Shown: positions 26,848 through 35,365 of the stretch, in pieces
Layout: each line of letters opens with the position of its first letter
Position numbering within the stretch: position 1 is the stretch's first letter
Source: a virus
Lineage: Duplodnaviria > Caudoviricetes
IMG/VR virus record: IMGVR_UViG_3300037418_004154
Span: 1,217-65,216 of that record
Length of the DNA stretch: 64,000 nt
Direction: 5' to 3' (one strand)
Made by a program: the position numbers and the translations under genes
Notes under the pieces: generated by a model
The model's input: only the letters and a program-made list of their open reading frames with translations
What the model was told of the DNA's origin: nothing
The model's database searches: none

Positions 26848-27485
26848 GTCACTTCTCCCGGGCTTCGAGCATCGCGGCCGCCAGGCCGTAGGCTTCCTCG
26901 GACAATCGCTGTCGCCCGCCGGAGGGCATCCGTCGCGGCCTCGCGGGTCAGATACGCCTTGACGGCCCGGCTAACCCTGGGCGAACTCCTGGGAATGAAC
27001 CCGTCGAGCCGGTCGAACACCTCGCGCGGGAGGTAGTCGAACTGGTGCTCGTCCGGGGCATCCTCGGGTTGTGGATGCCAGAGCCAACGATCCTCGAACG
27101 AGAGCGGTCTACGATCGCGCATCTCCTCGGCCACCGAAACCGCCCCCGCTCGCCGCAACCGGTCGATCTCAGCGGCGATGAGGGCCCCGGCGATCGTCAG
27201 CCGGCGGATGTAGTCGGACCCGTACTTCTCCCGGACGTGGGTTGCCCGCTCGTGAGGCCAGCACCTTCGGACCTGTGCACAGTCACCGAGTACATCGGTG
27301 GCGACGCGCACGGCACAGTCGAGCAACTGCCCGTCCGTCTGCCGGTCGTCGCTGGCCGCAACCCACCCGTTGGAGAGCTGCCGATCGCGCTCGTCGGCGA
27401 TCAACTCGGCACCGTCCGGGGCGTCCGGGTGGTAGGCCGCACTCGGGCCCTCGGTCTCGAACGGCTGGTCGGTGTTGTCGCTCAT
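26844..27485 (-). CDS. Hypothetical phage protein
   Basis: IADERDRQ...W...DD...LTIAGALIAAEIDRL, a pattern recalled from other phage proteins. GAGG RBS. Confidence 0.6.
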   Translation of the reverse strand: MSDNTDQPFETEGPSAAYHPDAPDGAELIADERDRQLSNGWVAASDDRQTDGQLLDCAVRVATDVLGDCAQVRRCWPHERATHVREKYGSDYIRRLTIAGALIAAEIDRLRRAGAVSVAEEMRDRRPLSFEDRWLWHPQPEDAPDEHQFDYLPREVFDRLDGFIPRSSPRVSRAVKAYLTREAATDALRRATAIVRGSLRPGGRDARSPGEVT

Positions 27486-27540
27486 CGCGTCCTCGCTCGG
27501 TTGATGGGAGGGGTGCGGGCGCCCGCACCCCGGGAAAGGG

Positions 27541-27894
27541 TCACTTCGACAGATCCCGCATCGCCATCCACAGCCGCCCGCCAGCAACTGTCCGACTCGC
27601 CCCGGCACCCCGCACGCGAAACCGCTGGCCTTCGGTCGTCACCGTCAGCCACTGCTGGTGGGTGTGCTGGAGCACCGCCCCGCCCTGGTCCTGGAGCCAG
27701 TCCGCCAGGATCTTCCACCGGGCCGCGTTCGTCGGGTCCTGGCAGGCCGCCGCGAACAGAGCGTTCCCACCGTCGTCGGGCACCGCGGGGGCCTTCGCGG
27801 GAAGTGGGCTCGCCAGCGTGGCCGCCCGCATCCGGGCGTGCCGGGCGCCCGTCCGGCTGGTCCCCTCGAAGTAGCCCGGCTTGATCGTCGGCAC
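27541..27894 (-). CDS. Protein with a degenerate TIGR02996-like motif
   Basis: ALFAAACQDPTNAARWKILADWLQDQG. Confidence 0.55.
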   Translation of the reverse strand: MPTIKPGYFEGTSRTGARHARMRAATLASPLPAKAPAVPDDGGNALFAAACQDPTNAARWKILADWLQDQGGAVLQHTHQQWLTVTTEGQRFRVRGAGASRTVAGGRLWMAMRDLSK

Positions 27895-27916
27895 GGTCGG
27901 CCCCTCCGCCGATTCC

Positions 27917-28363
27917 TCAGTTCCACCCCAGATCCCGGGCCATCTCCTCCATCTCCTCCGGCGTCATCGCCCGCTCGCCCCGCGGGTCCTCGGCCGGGTG
28001 CGGGATCAGCCCGGCCTGGACGATCGAGAGGAGGGCCAGGACGTGCTTACACGGGCCGTCCGGTCGGTAGACCGACGTCGCGCAGTCGCAGGTTGAGTCC
28101 TGGCCGTTCCGCGAGACGAACACGTGGTACGGGTCCAGCTTCCCGACCTTGTGGCAGCTGAACGCCCGCCCGTCCCACCCCGAATCCGGGTCGAACTCGC
28201 GGACCGTGTACATCTCGTCGGCCTTCACGCCCTCCGTCTGGATCGTCAGCAGGCCGTCGGTCCGGCCGTCGCGGCTCGGGTCGAACCGCATCGCCCGGCG
28301 GCGGCCGTTGGCCAGGGGCGGGAGGACGTCGATCAGCGGGCGGGGCAGGGTCGGGCAGCACAT
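27917..28363 (-). CDS. SWIM zinc-finger protein
   Basis: STCDC...PCKHVLAL (CxC...CxH). Confidence 0.75.
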   Translation of the reverse strand: MCCPTLPRPLIDVLPPLANGRRRAMRFDPSRDGRTDGLLTIQTEGVKADEMYTVREFDPDSGWDGRAFSCHKVGKLDPYHVFVSRNGQDSTCDCATSVYRPDGPCKHVLALLSIVQAGLIPHPAEDPRGERAMTPEEMEEMARDLGWN

Positions 28364-28398
28364 GGGCGGGCTCCTGGGTTCGGGCTGGTGGGGATGGG

Positions 28399-28725
28399 TC
28401 AGGCCGCCTGCGACGGCCACGGCTGTTTCGGGGTGGCGGCGAGCCGGACGATCTTCCCGCCCTCGCGGACCGCCTCCGCCTGGTACTCCCCGTACTCGGC
28501 CGCGTACTTCCTGCCCTCGGTCAGCTGGTAGACCGCTTCGAACGGCTGGTCGGCCGAGCCGGTCCGGGTCAGGAGCCCGAGCTCGACCAGGTCCGTCAGG
28601 AACTTCCCGTCCTTGGTCCGCCGGCTCATGTCGAGCCGGAGGTGGGTACCCGGGAGGGTGGACTTCGGTGCGCGGGCGAGGGCCCGGAGCACCTTCCAGT
28701 CGGCGTGGGTGATCTGGTTCAGCAC
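28399..28725 (-). CDS. Winged-helix-like protein
   Basis: DWKVLRALA...LTDLVELGLL...YQLTEGRK pattern. The GTG start is inferred. Confidence 0.5.
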   Translation of the reverse strand: MLNQITHADWKVLRALARAPKSTLPGTHLRLDMSRRTKDGKFLTDLVELGLLTRTGSADQPFEAVYQLTEGRKYAAEYGEYQAEAVREGGKIVRLAATPKQPWPSQAA

Positions 28726-28754
28726 GGTCGTGTTCTCCGGTGGGTAAGGGCGGG

Positions 28755-28846
28755 TTGACTGCCTCAGATATCGTGTGTATACTTTACTCAGGATATTTTT
28801 CGCGGTCAAGTCCTCCTTGCGGATTTTGTGTGTATGAATAACACAC
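28755..28846. promoter_or_regulatory. Overlapping opposed sigma70 promoters with GTGTGTAT operator repeats
   Basis: Plus strand: TTGACT(28755)-N17-TATACT(28778). Minus strand: TTGACC(28809)-N17-TAAAGT(28786). GTGTGTAT at 28773 and 28828; GTGTGT-N7-ACACAC at 28828-28846. Confidence 0.7.
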
Positions 28847-28851
28847 GCCCT

Positions 28852-29052
28852 ATGGGCCGAAAGAAGTTGGGCCGGGATCGCGTGAACATCACGCTCCCCA
28901 AGGGGATGTCCGACGAGCTTGCCGCGGCGGCGAAGGAGAAGGGCTGGGACAGGTCCCGGCTCATCGAAGAACTGTGCGCGGGGTTCCTCAAGCGACGGGA
29001 GAAAGAGCGGGCGAAGGGGCCCGCCCAAGAAGAGCAAGAAGAGATCGAATGA
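28852..29052 (+). CDS. Ribbon-helix-helix (CopG/Arc) DNA-binding protein
   Basis: RDRVNITLPKGMSDELAAAAKEKGWDRSRLIEEL. Confidence 0.8.
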   Translation: MGRKKLGRDRVNITLPKGMSDELAAAAKEKGWDRSRLIEELCAGFLKRREKERAKGPAQEEQEEIE

Positions 29053-29230
29053 AGATCATTTGTTCAGCGGCGGCGTAGAATTGTTCCGTTTATCCCGGAA
29101 ACCCTCCGGCCTGACGCAAAAACGCCCTATTTAGCCGCCACCCGCCCGGCCTTGCCCCGGAGATCGGTCGCACTACAAAACCCTATGTGGCAACTGGTTT
29201 TGTCGCGGCAACCAGGCTATCGAAACATCC

Positions 29231-29272
29231 TTGACATTGTGGGGGTCACTGGTTCAAGTCCAGTAGCGCCCA
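29231..29272 (+). mobile_element. att core: 3' fragment of tRNA-Val(GAC) starting at the anticodon loop
   Basis: TTGACAT TGTGG GGGTC ACTGG TTCAAGT CCAGT AGCGCCC A. The T-arm and acceptor 3' strand are intact, but the upstream sequence does not supply the 5' half. Lies 130 bp upstream of the integrase. Confidence 0.85.
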
Positions 29273-29402
29273 CTCGCTAAGAGTGGAGATGGCAAGGATT
29301 TAGGGCGGTTCGATAGACCGGTTACCGCGACAACCGACCTGGGGTTTACGGGACAATTCCCGGAAACTCAGGTCGGTTGCTCCATTTCCGGGGGTACGCG
29401 GC

Positions 29403-30632
29403 GTGGCACGTCCAAAGAAGAAGCACCTCGGCGAACCGAAGATCCACAACGGACGCGAACGGGTTTGGTGGGACGGGGAGTGGCACGACCTCGGGCCCGA
29501 AGGGTCGACCGAGGCGAAGGCGAAGCTCGCCCGACTGACCGTACTCTGGGCAAAGGACCCGACCGCCCCGCTCCGGCCGAAGGCCGACTACCTCGTGGAC
29601 GAACTCTGCCGGGATTACCTCGCATCCGACGACTCCCCGGCCGAGGGGCAGCAGCGGGAACGGGTAGCCCTCGCAGCCACCCTGCTGACCGAACGGTACA
29701 CCGGGGTCCCGGTCGCAGACTTCGGCCCGGCCGACCTCGAGGCGTGGCAAGCCTGGCTGTGCGAGACCCCATCTTCGAAGTATCCGGATCGGGCTCGCTT
29801 CAACATCACCACCGTCAAGGATCTCGTCTGGACGGTCCGCCGGATCTGGAAGTGGGGCGTCCGGAAACGGGGGGTCGCGGTCGAGAAGCACCAGGCACTG
29901 CTCACGACCGAGTGGCCCAAGTTCGGCGCCGCCCGCGAGCCGAAGGTGGTCGAGCCCGCCGACCCCGCGGCGGTCCGGGCGATCCTGCCGCACCTCCGGC
30001 CTCCGCCCCGGGCGATGGTCGTCCTCCAGCTCGCGACCGGGGCCCGGCCGAACGAGCTGTGCGGGATGCGGGCCGGGGACGTCCAGCGAAGTGGCCGGAT
30101 CCACATCGACGGGGCCGGCGTCCACGACCTCGACCAGCTCGGGGTCTGGGTCTGCGTGCTCGCCCAGCACAAAACGAGGTGGAAACGGAAGCCCCGGTGG
30201 CTCACGTTCGGGCCGGACGTCTGGCCCATTCTCGAACCGTTCCTCCAGCGGGGGCCGGAGGAGTTCTGTTTCTCGCCCCAGGAGTCCACGGCCGCGATGC
30301 GGGAAGAGAGGAAGGTGGAAAGGAAGAGCCGGAGTGGCGGATCCGGCGGTAACCGGAAGAAGCCGGCCGCGGAGCCGAAACTGAAACCGGGCCCCAGGTA
30401 TTCCCCTCGCACCTATCTGCAAGCCGTCAAGCGTGCGTGCGTGGCGGCCGGGGTCGCGGAATTCGCACCCTACCAACTTCGGCACGCCGCCGCGGCCGAG
30501 ATCAAGGCCCTGTTCGACTTGGACGCCGTCCAGGCCCTTCTCGGCCACCACACGAAGACGATGGCCGAGCACTACGGCGGGGTGGCCTTTCGGAAGGCGG
30601 CGGAGGTGGCGAAGGGCCGGGCCGGCGGGTAG
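29403..30632 (+). CDS. int: Tyrosine recombinase / phage integrase
   Basis: TGARPNEL (catalytic R), HKTRWK, YQLRH, LLGH...MAEHY (catalytic Y). Adjacent to the tRNA fragment. Confidence 0.9.
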   Translation: MARPKKKHLGEPKIHNGRERVWWDGEWHDLGPEGSTEAKAKLARLTVLWAKDPTAPLRPKADYLVDELCRDYLASDDSPAEGQQRERVALAATLLTERYTGVPVADFGPADLEAWQAWLCETPSSKYPDRARFNITTVKDLVWTVRRIWKWGVRKRGVAVEKHQALLTTEWPKFGAAREPKVVEPADPAAVRAILPHLRPPPRAMVVLQLATGARPNELCGMRAGDVQRSGRIHIDGAGVHDLDQLGVWVCVLAQHKTRWKRKPRWLTFGPDVWPILEPFLQRGPEEFCFSPQESTAAMREERKVERKSRSGGSGGNRKKPAAEPKLKPGPRYSPRTYLQAVKRACVAAGVAEFAPYQLRHAAAAEIKALFDLDAVQALLGHHTKTMAEHYGGVAFRKAAEVAKGRAGG

Positions 30633-30871
30633 TGCGGGCGCCCGCGATCTCAGTCCGGCGGGAGCCACCGCCGCCAATCGTCCGGGCCGGCCGGGGGCGT
30701 GTGAGCCGGGAGTGCGGGCGCCCGCACCGGCGGGGCGGGTGGGACGGGGACGATCTTGTAGGGCACCCCGGCCTCGAGCTGGCCGGAGACGCCCGGGGTG
30801 CGGTGGACCCACTCGCTCGTCGCGTCCCCGTCGCCGCGGGTGCCGGGGGGCGTCGGGGGCGTGCGGCAGGG

Positions 30872-31177
30872 TCATGCCGCCTCGTCGTCGCGGTAATCGT
30901 CGAGCTGGAACTTGCTGACGAACGGCGCCCAGACCTCGGTCCCGTCGTAAAACCGGATCAGCAGCCGGTCCTTTTTCTTCGCCAGCAGCTGGCCCCCGAT
31001 CCCCAGGCCCATCCGCATCTTGCCGTCGGGGCCGGGCGTGTCGAGGAAGACGTACGCCCCTCGTCTGATCTCGTGCTCTTTCCCGTTCACGTCGGTGACC
31101 AGGGCCGGCGACTTCGACCGGAGGTCTCCTCGGCACGGGGCCCAGGCTTTGGGCAGGCTGGCGGTGGCAGTGGGCAT
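30872..31177 (-). CDS. Hypothetical protein
   Basis: ORF downstream of the lexA-like gene. The start is inferred. Confidence 0.5.
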   Translation of the reverse strand: MPTATASLPKAWAPCRGDLRSKSPALVTDVNGKEHEIRRGAYVFLDTPGPDGKMRMGLGIGGQLLAKKKDRLLIRFYDGTEVWAPFVSKFQLDDYRDDEAA

Positions 31178-31313
31178 GGGCGGACTCGGGTTGAAGGACA
31201 GGGTGCGCCCGGGACGCCCCGGGTAGATCAAGACGGTAACCGCGGCGGGCGGGCCGCGCCGACCGCGGTAGCGGGCAATCCGGCCGATTTTGGGGCGGCC
31301 GGCGGGCGTGAGC

Positions 31314-31937
31314 TCACCGGCGGCGGGGGTGGCGCTTGCTCCGGATGACCCCGACCAGCACCCCGATGATCGAGCTGTCGGGGTGCTGGTCGAGGCGAAT
31401 CGGCTCGACCTTGGCGTTACACGGGAAGAGCCACTTCACGCCGCGCACTTCCCGGTAGATCTTGAGCGTCATCTCGCCGTCGACCCGCGCGACGACCTCG
31501 TCGCCGATCGCTGCCTCCGGCTGGGTCCGGACCACGACCAGGTCGCCGGGGGCGATGTGGTCCTCGATCATCGAAGTGCCCGTTACCCGGAGTCCGAACA
31601 TCCCGTCCCGGCAGAACTCGTCCTCGAAATTGAACAGGTCGTCGTGGTCCGGATCGGACACGGGCATGGGGCGGCCGGCGAACACCGTCCCGAGGACGCG
31701 CAGGGACGCCCGGGAGTTGCCGTCGGGCAGGTAGTACCCGCGGGCGATCCCCTCGGCACGGGCGAGCTCGCCGGCCGCCACGAGGCGGTCGAGGTTCCGC
31801 TTCGCGTGGTTCGGGTGGGCCAGCCCGATCGCCGCGCCGACCTCGGCGATCGTGGGCGACCGGCCGTGCTCCTCCACGTACCGGCGGAAGAAGGCGAGGG
31901 CCTGCCGGTCGTCTTCCAGCGGGGCGGGGCGGGGCAT
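31314..31937 (-). CDS. lexA: LexA-family repressor (wHTH + S24 autopeptidase)
   Basis: PTIAEVGAAIGL HTH, VFAG cleavage-site-like, GTSMIEDHI (Ser), MTLKIY (Lys). Confidence 0.85.
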   Translation of the reverse strand: MPRPAPLEDDRQALAFFRRYVEEHGRSPTIAEVGAAIGLAHPNHAKRNLDRLVAAGELARAEGIARGYYLPDGNSRASLRVLGTVFAGRPMPVSDPDHDDLFNFEDEFCRDGMFGLRVTGTSMIEDHIAPGDLVVVRTQPEAAIGDEVVARVDGEMTLKIYREVRGVKWLFPCNAKVEPIRLDQHPDSSIIGVLVGVIRSKRHPRRR

Positions 31938-32166
31938 GGGATCTCCACTCGCAAACCGCGGGCAGGGTGAGCCGCGGGCTAGTGGTAAATAAATATCACA
32001 TTCCCCTTGACCGGGTCAACAGGAGTCGTCTAAATTCGTGTGGGTTGAGTGATGGGATAAATGCCGATCTGACCAATGATGCCGTCGGCACGGATTCCGC
32101 GCTCGATTTTCCCCGCCGGGGCAAGCTGCCGCCCCGTGGACTATCCCCTTCTCCGGACGACCGCCC

Positions 32167-32472
32167 ATGACGACCGCTGCCGACCTCGAACGTGACCTCC
32201 GAGCCTACGCCACCGACCACGGGCTCTCGTGGGAGCGGATGGTCGAACTCCTCCGCGTTGTGGCGCGAAGTGGTAGTCCAAAGACCACCGAGGAGTTGAA
32301 GCAACTTAACGACGCCGTCTCGGTGGTGTGTCCGGTGTGGGCGACGGGGATCGTGATTCTCCACGACGACGACGGGCGGTTCGCCGGAGACGTCTTTCTG
32401 GACAGAAAAGGCGAAACTACTTTTTGCCCTCCTCGCCCAACTGCTTCTCCTTCTTTTTCATCTCAACCCTGA
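32167..32472 (+). CDS. Hypothetical protein (101 aa)
   Basis: ORF divergent from lexA. It overlaps the convergent ORF end by about 55 nt. Confidence 0.45.
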   Translation: MTTAADLERDLRAYATDHGLSWERMVELLRVVARSGSPKTTEELKQLNDAVSVVCPVWATGIVILHDDDGRFAGDVFLDRKGETTFCPPRPTASPSFSSQP

Positions 32473-32632
32473 GCAGTCCCTTGAAGAAGGACTGAACATC
32501 ATCCTCCATAAAAAACTTCTCGATTGTCAGTCCTCTGTGGGTCGCAACTAGACCCACAAGCTGAGCATCTTCTTGCCGCACTTTCAGACCGCTCTTTTTG
32601 CCGCTACCGGATCCACTTTTCGAAGAGGCCAT
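32417..32632 (-). CDS. Small basic protein, candidate regulator
   Basis: Lys-rich, low GC, GGAG RBS, divergent from the early rightward operon. Confidence 0.5.
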   Translation of the reverse strand: MASSKSGSGSGKKSGLKVRQEDAQLVGLVATHRGLTIEKFFMEDDVQSFFKGLLRVEMKKKEKQLGEEGKK

Positions 32633-32754
32633 TGGCGTAGCCACCATCGGTGATGCTCCTTCGGGAACTTTTTGCCCCCGAACCTAAGTGCAAATTTATC
32701 AACCCGTTTCCTGGGTTTCAAAACCCTTTTCAAAAAGCAATTCGCTTGTTGGGC

Positions 32755-32782
32755 TTGACTCTTTTACACCTGAGTTTACACT
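32755..32782 (+). promoter_or_regulatory. Sigma70-type early rightward promoter
   Basis: TTGACT-N16-TACACT in an AT-rich interval, with TTTACAC repeated twice across it. Confidence 0.6.
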
Positions 32783-32823
32783 TCTTCTCAGAAGTAAAAG
32801 AAACCGGGTTGAAGTGACTTCAA

Positions 32824-33096
32824 ATGACCATCGACGTCTCCAGTGTGCTCCCCCTGCCGATCGCCTGCGAGCGTTTCGGCATCGAGTACACCTCGCTCCG
32901 CGAGCTGGTGAACGCAGGTGTGTTCACCAAACACGTATTCGACCCGGAGAACAAGCGTCCGCCGATCTTCGTCCTGGTCGACGAGTTGAAGGTCTGGAAG
33001 GACGCCAAGGACGCGGGGCGAAATGCCGCGGAGGCAGTGGTGACGCACCGGCTCAACCTGACCCGGCCTCACGACCTCGGCGAAGCGGGGGCCTGA
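32824..33096 (+). CDS. Cro/Xis-like HTH protein (90 aa)
   Basis: LPIACERFGIEYTSLRELVNAG resembles MerR/Xis-type HTH. First early gene. Confidence 0.55.
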   Translation: MTIDVSSVLPLPIACERFGIEYTSLRELVNAGVFTKHVFDPENKRPPIFVLVDELKVWKDAKDAGRNAAEAVVTHRLNLTRPHDLGEAGA

Positions 33097-33098
33097 CT

Positions 33099-33404
33099 AT
33101 GCCCGACCTCGACTGGACCCAGGTGCAGCGCGGGAAGGTGTACACGGCCGCCGATGCCGCAGTCCTCCTCGGGCGGCACTACCGGACGATCACCCGAATG
33201 GTCGAGTCTGGTCGCCTGACGCCGCTGCCGAGGCAGGCCGGGGAACACATGCGTTTCCTCGGGAGCGAATTGCTCCGGTTCCTCGGCGGCCAGCTGGCGC
33301 CCGCGCAAGGGGAGACGACGGCGGAGCGGGCAGGCCGGGCGAAAGCGGCCCGAGACGAGATCAAGCGGATTGCGAAGCGCCGCCCCACGGCGGCCTCGGC
33401 CTGA
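33099..33404 (+). CDS. Excisionase-like HTH_17 protein
   Basis: VYTAADAAVLLGRHYRTITRMVESGRL...HMRF. Confidence 0.75.
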   Translation: MPDLDWTQVQRGKVYTAADAAVLLGRHYRTITRMVESGRLTPLPRQAGEHMRFLGSELLRFLGGQLAPAQGETTAERAGRAKAARDEIKRIAKRRPTAASA

Positions 33405-33778
33405 GCACACGAGCCGGCCGCGGTGACCTCCTGGCACCCGGCACCTCCGTCTGCCGCGGACCCCGGACAGGGCGTACCGGGGCCGGCGGCCGGCTCAAGA
33501 CCCAGGACCGGCCCGCGGGAGCGGGCGCCCCCGAAAGCGATCACCCGGCAGGGCAGGCCGGGGGTCGGCGGGCCGGTCCTTCTAACCGACCAACCCGCGG
33601 GGTTGGGGGAGCCTCGGCACCGGAGGTCAGGGCTGCGAATCACGGCCCGCAGGTGTGAGTGTCGCGGCAGTTGCTCGGGTCCAAGACCAGAAGAACGCCG
33701 CAGCCGGAGGCCGGGAAAAATTCCTCCCGGTTGATCCGACACCGTCAGGCCGGGAGTAGCAGTCCCGGCCTGACACCT

Positions 33779-33855
33779 GATCCCGTGGTCCAGCCCGGTC
33801 ACGGACGCCCCGGAGCAGCAACGGGGAGACGGTGGTTCAAATCCACCCGGGATCG
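33779..33855 (+). ncRNA. tRNA-like RNA with a non-canonical 9-nt anticodon loop
   Basis: Acceptor GATCCCG/CGGGATC, D-stem GTCC/GGAC, anticodon stem CCCCG/CGGGG with loop GAGCAGCAA, variable AGAC, T-arm GGTGG-TTCAAAT-CCACC. No encoded CCA. Confidence 0.75.
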
Positions 33856-33873
33856 CTGAGAGGAGATAGGGCC

Positions 33874-34041
33874 GTGAAGCGGTGTCATCCACGACCGAGG
33901 AAGAACGAGAAGCCGGTCGAAGGGATGGCCGTGATCGCGGCCGGGGCCGTCGACCGGATGTTCGGCGGCGACCTCCGCGGCTGGCTCCGCGACCGGAACC
34001 GGGTCGCCCTCGGCGGCCGGCGCGGCGCCCGGGGCCGCTAG
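33874..34041 (+). CDS. Small basic hypothetical protein
   Basis: AGGAG RBS and GTG start. Confidence 0.4.
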   Translation: MKRCHPRPRKNEKPVEGMAVIAAGAVDRMFGGDLRGWLRDRNRVALGGRRGARGR

Positions 34042-34232
34042 CCGACCAGACGAGATCACCGACGGACACAGCGCCCCCGCATCGCGGTAGTGCCGCGCCG
34101 GGGCGACACCGACCAGGGCGGGTCGGCCCGGGCTTCACCTCCGCGGTGTGCGGGGGTGGCCAAGAGGCGGCCGGAGGCCGACCTCCTGTTCCGACGGGCC
34201 GGCCCGCCCCAAACACCACGGAGGGAATCGCG

Positions 34233-34535
34233 GTGAAACGGTACCTGACGGGCATCCTGGTCGGGTGCGGTCTGTCCGCCCTGGGCGGAAATGCGTGCCT
34301 CTGGGTCACCGGCGGGAGTCATCCGCCCCCGACCCCGGACGCCGAGGTGCGGATGCTCCGCCGGATCGTCTACGACCCCCACACGGGGCAGACCCGCGAG
34401 ACCCGGCTGCAGACGACCGTCTACCCGCCGATCCCGCAGGTGCAGCCCGACCCGGACCCGGCGGATCTGATCCCGGCCCCGGCGGTCCCTTTCCCGGTCC
34501 CCGGCCCGGTGCCGACGAAGGGAGTCACGGAATGA
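34233..34535 (+). CDS. Small membrane-anchored Pro-rich protein
   Basis: GGAGG RBS; hydrophobic N-terminus KRYLTGILVGCGLSALGG. Confidence 0.55.
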   Translation: MKRYLTGILVGCGLSALGGNACLWVTGGSHPPPTPDAEVRMLRRIVYDPHTGQTRETRLQTTVYPPIPQVQPDPDPADLIPAPAVPFPVPGPVPTKGVTE

Positions 34536-34849
34536 TCGCGCTGCACAAGAATCTGGAACTGGTGCCTCTGACCCTCGAACGCGTCCGGGTCCTCGACGGC
34601 GTGACCGCGGGCGTGGTCCGGGGCGAGTTTTACGGGCCGTTCGCGGCCGTCTACGCCCGGGCCATGCTGGCCCTGCCCGACCTCTTGGACACCGCCGAGA
34701 CGGGCACGCCGATGGAACTGGTCGCGGCGGTGAAGCGGTTCCGGGCGGCGGCCCTGGGAAAGCCGCCGGCAGTCGACCAGGATCCGGAGCCGGGAGGTTT
34801 CGAGCTGACCGCGGAAGACGAAGAGGTGCTCAGGATCTGGCGGCGCTGA
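34532..34849 (+). CDS. Hypothetical protein
   Basis: ATGA overlap; followed by a 14-bp-stem hairpin at about 34865-34905. Confidence 0.55.
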   Translation: MIALHKNLELVPLTLERVRVLDGVTAGVVRGEFYGPFAAVYARAMLALPDLLDTAETGTPMELVAAVKRFRAAALGKPPAVDQDPEPGGFELTAEDEEVLRIWRR

Positions 34850-35043
34850 CCGCCCAACGAAACACCCCGGCCCGGTCGTCTCGGGGGATTCGACCGGGCC
34901 GGGGCACACGAGGAGACGTTCATGGTATCGGCACCCAACCCCAACGGACAACGTCCGAAGTCGGCCGGGCAGGCAGCTTCCCGCCCCACAATGCCGGACG
35001 GTTCCGGTGGCGCGGCCCTGCCCCGCCCGGTCCGGCCCCTGTT

Positions 35044-35350
35044 CATGGTCGGGGTCATCACCCCGACCCAGGACGTCCACGAAGCCGCCCCGCTGCCCGC
35101 GACCCTGCCCGCGGCCGAGCGGGACGCGAAGCTCCTGGCCCGGGCGCTCACCTGCCGCACCCGACTCGGGGCCTGGCTGGCGGGACTGCCCCGGTGGGCC
35201 CGGGAGGAGCGGGCGGACCTGGTGCGGTGCGGGGTCGACCTGACCGGCTGTCATGTCGCGGTCCTCACGGTCGCCCCACCGCGGGCCGACGTGGTCCACG
35301 GCCGGGCCGCGGTGTGTTCCTTTCGTCCCGGCATCGTCCGGGCGGCTTGA
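35044..35350 (+). CDS. Hypothetical protein
   Basis: Part of ORF 34922-35350. Start uncertain; a GGCAGGCA-N11-CACAAT motif lies at 34968-34992. Confidence 0.45.
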
Positions 35351-35365
35351 TCTGAAAGGCCGGCT

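Noticed and set aside
29197-29272. Intact tRNA-Val(GAC)
   Set aside because: No GGGCGCT 5' acceptor strand, no D-arm and no anticodon-stem pairing; only the 3' fragment is present.
33779-33855. Ordinary tRNA-Leu(CAG)
   Set aside because: The loop is 9 nt without U33 and the variable arm is short, unlike bacterial tRNA-Leu.
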